DNA of 64,000 nt, taken from contig OX597825.1 in the NCBI GenBank assembly GCA_951406725.2, positions 59,272,001-59,336,000 of the forward strand, written 5' to 3'. Numbering within the stretch: the stretch's first letter is position 1; each line of letters begins with the position of its first letter. Source of the stretch: Octopus vulgaris (Eukaryota). Below are positions 56,296 through 64,000 of this stretch, in pieces. The notes under the pieces were generated by a model, which saw only the letters and a program-made list of their open reading frames with translations, did no database searches and was not told where the DNA came from. A program made the translations under genes and the position numbers.

Positions 56296-56668
56296 ATTCT
56301 TTTCAGTTAGTAAATATGTTTTCTCTCTCACACAGGAACTCGCTTGATGCTGGGTGGGATTAAAGATTTAAATAAATATTTTTGTTACCTTTGCTTAAAT
56401 TGCAGCAATGGGCCACTGCTCAGCATAAAATGTGTTTATGAAACGAATATTGAAAAATTTCAATACCTCTCATGTAACAAAGAAACGAGGAAGATACCAG
56501 GTTTTCGTGAAAATCAGTGCTAGAAAGAACAACTAAATCTCCCTTAAATCACCTGTTCGTCTGAAAATTATTTTGAAATTATAAACAGTAACAAATTACA
56601 GATTCTGATTGTCCTTGTTCTAAAACAAGGATTTTTGAAGAAAAAAATGCCGAAATTTTAGTATAAAA

Positions 56669-56840
56669 TAGGCGTGGGAGTGACTGTATGGTAAGTAGCT
56701 TGCTTACAAACCACATGGTTCTGGGTTCGGTCCCACTGCGTGGCAAATTGGGCAAGTGTCTTCCACTATAGTCTCGGGCCGAAAGAGCCATGTGAGTGGA
56801 TTTGGTAGACGGAAACTGAAAGAAGCCCGTCGTATATATG

Positions 56841-56888
<48 letters not shown>

Positions 56889-57088
56889 TATGTATATGTT
56901 CGTGCGTCTGTGTTTGTCTCCCCAACATCGCTTGACAACCGATGCTGAGGTGTTTACGTCCCCGTAACCTAGCGGTTCGGCAAAAGCGACCGATAGAATA
57001 AGTACTGAGCTTACAAAGAATAAGTCCTGGGGTCGATTTGCTCAACTAAATGCAGTGCTACGGCATGACTGAAACAAGTAAAAGAGTG
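56669..57088 (+). mobile_element. Family A SINE, full length
   Basis: Similarity to 6864-7272. Confidence 0.9.
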
Positions 57089-58038
57089 CTTTTAAATTAC
57101 GTTTCATTTTCTGTTTGAAAACAAAGGAAGTGGGGCTTATAAGGGTTTACTGCCGATTTCCAAACTTTTTCGTTTTAGCCTTCAAGGCTTTTCCCATGGT
57201 TTTTAGGGCGTAGAGCAAAAACGGCCAAAATCGGTACTGGATGGAGGCAAAGCCGGAGCTAGAATTTATAAATTTTAGAAAATTTGTTTTCATACAAAAT
57301 TTTCCCCAATCATTTGCAAGGGTGTGGCGAAAAAAAAATTTGAAAAATCCTCTTCAAAACGGAGAAAATTCAACTTATGTGGTTGTGCTATTCTGAAAGT
57401 GTGCCAAGGTATTTTGTTGTGAAAATTGCCCGGGAACGACGAGATACACAGCTAGTGTGTGTGTGTGTGTGTATATGTATACCTCAGCAATACCGGTTGT
57501 GAAGCAATGGTGGACCCAAACACACATACAAAGACACGATCACATACATATCTGTCTGTCGTCATTTATTTATCTATAATTCACCTTTCTCGGAACCTGC
57601 TCCTCGCGTGGTCCGAAGTATATTACGGACCGTATATTTAATACAATGTGCGTTTCTTGATTAGCCAAAGGGTTAGTGATATACTCAGTCGGGTTCAATT
57701 AATCGTATACATAACCTGAATAATTTTCTGTATGTACTTCGGTACCCACTTATGTATTCGTTGATCTTTGTTGTGTACGCATTTTAATTTTGACCCGACC
57801 CGGTGCCTTCCCACTTAAGTGCCTGATTAACTTGAGTCCTGATTTTTTGTAGCATGTACATACATACATACACGCATATATATATATCTGAATAAATAAA
57901 TAAAAGAGATAATGGTGTCATTGAGACCCAAAGGTGTCAGGTAGTGCTGAATAAGTGCTATAGACAGACCATAGTTAAGTTCCAGATTTGGTAATATTGC
58001 GAATAAAGGGTTCAACGTTGGTTCTATGTCAGCGTGTG

Positions 58039-58175
58039 TATATAAGAATTTTTGGCGTAATAAGATAAAAAACAAAGGGTGTGTAGATATCAGAGCATTT
58101 ATAGATAGACCTTCTATCTATAAATGCTCTAATATCTACACAGCCTTGGTTTTTTATCTTATTACGCAAAAAATT

Positions 58176-58183
<8 letters not shown>
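58039..58183. repeat. Near-perfect palindrome (~70-bp arms, 3-nt loop) at the edge of a (TA)n tract
   Basis: ...AGAGCATTTATAGATAGA-cct-TCTATCTATAAATGCTCT...; arms end in TATAAGAATTTTT / AAAAATTCTTATA. Confidence 0.92.
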
Positions 58184-58214
<31 letters not shown>

Positions 58215-58316
58215 TGAATCCAAACAAAGAACAAACAAGAAACAACAATAACGCGAGGACTTGGTACAAGTACTGTATTATCAGACGCTCAGGAGAGGAA
58301 GGGGCATATATATATA

Positions 58317-58564
58317 TTGGGTTGTCCGGAAAGTTCGTGCCGATTTTTTAAAGGAAAGAAAAGGTCAATAAACACTTGCTATTACATTCTTAATCTACCA
58401 AGTATGAACCATTTTGTTGCACAATGCGTCTCTATATTTCCTTTAACTTGAGAATACCCTCTTCCAAGAATTGAGGTGGTTTCATGGCAAAGAATTCATC
58501 AGCCATGTTCTAAAATATGTTGAAAGATAAACTACTATAAATCGGCACGAACTTTCCGGACAAC

Positions 58565-58568
<4 letters not shown>
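58317..58568 (-). mobile_element. Mariner internal-deletion derivative, 252 bp, TA-flanked
   Basis: 30-bp TIRs TTGGGTTGTCCGGAAAGTTCGTGCCGATTT / AAATCGGCACGAACTTTCCGGACAACCCAA; retains the transposase C-terminal codons. Confidence 0.92.
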
Positions 58569-58628
<60 letters not shown>

Positions 58629-58859
58629 TAAATTTATAAATATATATATATATATAAACACACATACGATGTTTCCATCTACCAAATCCACTCCCAAAGC
58701 TTTGATGGGCTCGAGGTTATAGTAGAAGGTACTTGATCAATGTGCCACGCCGTGGGACTGAACCCGGAACAGTGTAGTTGGGAAGTAAACTTCACATAAT
58801 ATAAATGCATACAAATATAATTATACACACACATACGCGCTCGCTCACGCACGCACTTA

Positions 58860-58938
<79 letters not shown>

Positions 58939-59569
58939 CAAACGGATATATGCAATAAATATTTGTGCATATACGTTTCGTCATTCCACACATATATATA
59001 AACAGAACCAAATGGATATATGTAATACACACACACACACACACTATCTGTGTACGTGTGTGTATGTGAGAGAGCATATATCCGTTTGTTTGTGTTTGCA
59101 TGTGTGTTTATATAGTCATACCCCACTGCCATAAAAATACGTTGTCTCAGGAACGAGTATATATTTCAGCATAAATCTCTGTCTTCTTTTCATTGCCTCA
59201 CCGTTTTCATCAATGTAGAATAATAATATCCAAGCGCTAAAATTTCACAGTAACATATCCGGGTTTCCGTTCGTATATTCTTCAACCAAACATAATTTGA
59301 TTTTGGATATATTTTTTTCATGCCATCCAACACCCGAGCAAGGGAAGGGTTGAAGAGGGTAGGGATGGGGGGTTTACAGAGGTGAGGAAATTCCATTTTA
59401 TTTGGCAAGTATTACTTAATTCCATTCATGTTTTTCATTCCACTCATATGCCACTTCCCACAGGGTCACGCGAAATTGAATTCAAGGACGTAAAACTAGG
59501 ACGATGCACCGACTCATCCATACATATAGTTAAATACAATACACAGTTTAGAGATGTAATCATACGCAT

Positions 59570-59656
<87 letters not shown>

Positions 59657-59666
59657 CATACATATC

Positions 59667-59714
<48 letters not shown>

Positions 59715-59823
59715 CACACATATATATACATACATATATGTATATATATATATATGTATATATATATTTATATATATATATACACATATATATATATACA
59801 TATATATATATACATATATAGAT

Positions 59824-59856
<33 letters not shown>

Positions 59857-60727
59857 CATACGTATTATGTACAAGCACATAGTCTAGGCTCGCACCCCCA
59901 AATTCTTTTCCTATCCATAAACAAACATTAACTTACCAAAATTCTTCGACTTCTCTTTCGCTGAGCTTTGTGTGTTTTCTATTGCTACTAACGACGATTT
60001 CAGCTACCCTGATGTACCCTTCTCGTCCCCAGCCGTCATTACATCTATATCACATATATCACGCCTCACCTAATCTAGAGGAGGAAATTCATTGCTGGGC
60101 ATCCTTTTACAGGAACTCCGAAAATGGTGCGAAGAAGAGATAACTGGATTCTTGGACTGGAGACGTGGATCGAATATTTGCCACAGATCTGTTCCGCCGA
60201 AGGAACCCAAGGTCCATCCAGATAAAAGTGTTAAGACGACCCACGGATTATGTCAACGGGAAAGAACATAAGCGATCCTTTCCGATGAATTTCCATACGG
60301 TTTCCGTCAGCCGAATTTCAATCACATGGTTTTGGTTGACCAAGGACTATGAGAAAGGATACATACCGTATAATGGGACCGATCCCAAGATCGCATTGTT
60401 GTGAAGCAATGCAGATATACCGATTTACCACACACAAAAAAAACCCACTCACAAGTTTTTACTCGGTCACTGATATAGGGTTTTTCGCCAAACACTTAAC
60501 TCACTATGTCCACTTAGTTGTATACTGGTTTCAAGATTGGCACCAGTCCCCCAATTTCGGGGGTAGGTAGTAAGATGATTACATCAGCCCCAGTGCTCAA
60601 CTGTTACTTATTTCATCGACTCCAAAAGGAATTTGAACTCAGAACGTAAAAACGGACGAAGTGCTGCTAAACATTTTCCCCGGCGTGCTAACGATTCTGT
60701 CAACTAGCCACTCTGTACTTAAATGTA

Positions 60728-61293
60728 TGGTGTTGTCCGGAAAGTTCGTGCCGATTTTTAAAGGAAAGAAAAAGGTCAATAAATACTTGCCATTACATTT
60801 TTAATCAACCAAATATGAACCATTTTGTTGCACAATGCGTCTCCATCTTTTCTTTAACATAAAAATACTCTCTTCCCAGAACTGAGGTGGTTTCATGGCA
60901 AAGAATTGATCAAGGTATCTTTTTACATCATCCAAGGAATTGAAATTTTTACCATTAAGTCTATTCTGTAGATACCTGAATAAGTGGAAATCCGAAGGAG
61001 CAATATCTTGTGAATATGAAGGGTGGGGTAAGACATCCCAGCCGAGCTGCAGCAACTTTTGTCTGGTTCCCAAAGCATCAAGCTCCGAAAATGAACTTTC
61101 TTATCTTCCATTTTAAAGGGTTACAGAATTAATACAGGTTATAGGAACATAAACCTTCTTCCACGAAAAGATAGCTTAAACTGTGCTCTAAATGGAAGTG
61201 TAGTCAAATCCTATTTTATGGACTCAACCATGTTGTAAAATAAGTCGAAAGGTATGCTACTATAAATCGGCACGAACTTTCCTGACAACCCAA
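60728..61293 (-). mobile_element. Mariner internal-deletion derivative, 566 bp
   Basis: Same TIRs; N-terminus MEDKKVHFRSLMLWE fused to TRQKLLQLGWDVLPHPSYSQDIAPSDFHLFR...RWRRIVQQNGSYLVD (YSPDLAPSD motif). Confidence 0.95.
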
Positions 61294-61810
61294 TATATTA
61301 AGTAAACACTACACTGTGTAGGCTGTAGTATCACTGTAAAGCAGACACGTGTTCATTGGCCCCATAATAAAATCAGGTCCTACTTAAAGCCATGCTAAAC
61401 TAAGCTGGCACTCTGTCGGTTATGATGACAAGGGTTCCAGTTCATCCGATCAACGGAACAGATTGCTCGTGTAATTAACGTGTAAGTGACTGAGCACGCA
61501 TACCTTTATCGTAGTTCTCAGGGAGTTTCAGTATGACACAGAATGTGACAAAGCAGGCCCTTTCAAATACAGGTACTACTCATTTTTGCAAGTTAAGGCT
61601 GGAACAACGTAAAATAAAGTATCTTGCTCAAGGACGCAACGCGCTGCTTGTTATGAACTCACGACTTTAAGATCATGAACCGAATTCCCTAACCACTAAA
61701 CCAAGTACCTGCACTGAACACAAGTTATAAAAGTTAATGCAGTCAATAACATAGCTTTGGTTTACATTTCTACTACGGCTACAGCATGGGCAACTCGAAA
61801 AAATACATTA

Positions 61811-61952
61811 TTTACATTATTTACAATTGACGGATATTTGTCCTCATTTTATTTGTTGTTAACACAACATTTCGGCTGATATACTCTCCAGCCTTCATTA
61901 GGTGTCATGGAGAATTTCGAATCTGGGTTCTTATTCCTAAGGTATTTTTCGA

Positions 61953-61983
<31 letters not shown>

Positions 61984-62085
61984 TATTCAGGTCACTGTCT
62001 GGAATCGAATTCGGAATCTTGGGGTTATTAGCCCGCGCTCTTAACCACTACGCCATACGTCGTGAGCATATGGCGTAGTGGTTAA
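61811..62085 (-). mobile_element. tRNA-headed, hammerhead-bearing element (copy 2) with inverted 5' duplication and 14-bp TSD
   Basis: Collinear with 39306-39637; hammerhead at 61861-61905; GAAAAAATACATTA at 61797-61810 and 62098-62111. Confidence 0.82.
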
Positions 62086-62957
62086 TATAGAACTGTAGAA
62101 AAAATACATTAAAACAAATCCATGAATTACTCATCCGTATTGCCTATCTTCTAAATATTTACTTCACCGTATGAGTACAGGCATGACTGTCGTAAAAAGA
62201 AAAAAATCAGTTCGTAGCTACGGGGTCTTTATTTCGATCCCATCACGCGATTCCTTGCGCTAGTGTCATTTGCTGTAGGCTCGGTTCTCGCTTCGACCCG
62301 ATAATTATGAAAAAATATTAGTTTCTACTCTAGGCACAAAGCCCGAAATTTTGGGGGAGGGGGGGCAGTCTATTAGATTGCCTTCAGGTACACAACCGGT
62401 ACTTGATTTATCGAACCCGAAAGGATGAAAGGCAAAGTCGACCCCGGCGGAATTTTAACTCAGAACCTAAAGACAGACAAAATATCCATTTCTTTACTAC
62501 CCACAAGGGGCTAAACACAGAGGGGACAAACAAGGACAGACAAACGGATTAAGTCGATTATATCGACCCCAGTGCGTAACTGGTACTTATTTAATCGATC
62601 CCGAAAGGATGAAAAGCAAAGTCGACCTCGGCGGAATTTGAACTTAGAACGCAGCGGCGGACGAAATACTGCAAAGCATTTCGCCCGGCGTGCTGACGAT
62701 TCTGCCAGCTCACCGCCTCGTTAGGGAAAGGAATAAAAATAAAAATAAAAATATTGTGAAAGCCTGTCGATGGGAATGGTTCTGTTATTGGATTAAAGAC
62801 TTAATCTATCTTCCGGTTTATTACTGCTACTACTTGTCCTCTGGGGGCGTTTAACGAATTTCACTCTATTACAATATTTTCATTAATCGCTCCTAGTCTC
62901 CTTTACTTTCTCTGTTCTTGAAGTTCCTGAAAGACGTCGTTTGTACAACCCATTGTC

Positions 62958-63345
62958 TTTTACTTGTTCCCGTCGTGAGACTGCGCCCAAGCTGGAACAC
63001 CACCTTGAAGAATTTTTAGTCGAATGAATCAACTCCAGTACATTTTTTTAAAAATGTAAACCTGGTGCTTATTCTATCGGTCTCCAATGCCGAACTGCTT
63101 AGTTTCGGGGACGTAAACCGATGGTCAAGCGGCGGTGAGAGACAAGCACAGAGACAAAGCCACCCAAACACACGACAAGCTTCTTTCAGTTTCCATCTAC
63201 CAAATCCACTCACAAAGCAATTGTCGGCCCGAGGCTATAGTAGAAGACACTTGCCGAATTGCCGAAGGTGCCACGCAATGGGACTGAACCCAGAACCATG
63301 TGATTAGGAAGCAAGCTTCATATCACACAGCTACACATGTGCCTT
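62958..63345 (-). mobile_element. Family A SINE, decayed
   Basis: Reverse-complement similarity to 6864-7272. Confidence 0.8.
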
Positions 63346-64000
63346 CAAACTCTGATTAAACCATAGAAAATAAATAAATAGATAAATAAATGAATAAAAT
63401 GAAAAGAAAAAGCAGAGGAAAGCGGAAAGAAGAAAGTACTCGGTGGAGGTACTTGATATCTGTTACTTTGGATTCGGTTACGGGAGCTTTCAATGTAATA
63501 TCCCTCAGCTGAATTCAATAATTCCATTGCAAATATAAAGTAATAAAGGATTAGTATCAGAAAATATATATTCTTATTAGCACTGCCGCATCAAAGAAGA
63601 CTGACTGTTGGGATTTAATCTGGATTCAGGTAAAGAAACAGGCAGTTACATAAGTACCACCACCACCGCCAACAACAACAACAACAACTCTACTACCACC
63701 TCAAACGGGGGATCACTTTTTATCAGATTTATCATGTCAGCAAACAGAGTCTATAGATTCGCTTTTACCACATTTTCTGACGATAACGTCTATTATTTTC
63801 TTTCTGATTATTCCTTTCTGGGAATAACATTTGTGATTTTCCTTCTAAGTATTCCTTTCCGGTAATAACGGCTATTATTTCCTTTCTAAGTTTTTTTTTC
63901 AGAAGTAAATTTTAAGACCTTGTCGCTGTAGGTTGAGCAAACCAAAACATTTTTTTTATCTGCATTTTGAATTTCTAACTAAAAGAACGATGTTTATTAA

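Noticed and set aside
57135-57450. Possible DNA-transposon end (also 28400-28682 and 40631-40700)
   Set aside because: Only one terminus-like motif each, with no partner TIR or TSD.

Overview
Eukaryotic (metazoan) non-coding DNA: AT-rich, saturated with microsatellites and interspersed repeats, with one 100-N gap at 54973-55072. The repeat make-up (tRNA/CORE/Nin-type SINEs, RTE LINE tails ending in (GAT)n, huge (TA)n/(CA)n/(TATG)n tracts) looks like an Octopus genome; that is an inference, not a database result. Almost all ORFs in the track are microsatellite or SINE artefacts. Real coding remnants are all decayed transposons: RTE LINEs, R4/Dong LINE ends, a Tx1/L1-like end, mariner, a DD37D (maT) element and a Chapaev3-like element. 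There is also a composite Helitron and piggyBac-type MITEs. No host gene can be named; a few low-confidence minus-strand exon candidates are listed. The main unexpected signal is about nine type-I hammerhead-ribozyme folds (read by eye) from about seven unrelated sequence families, mostly in short elements beside (TA)n tracts. These include a two-copy element that joins a tRNA-like Pol III head, an (AAT)n spacer and a hammerhead. Repeat boundaries are approximate unless TSDs or TIRs are quoted.
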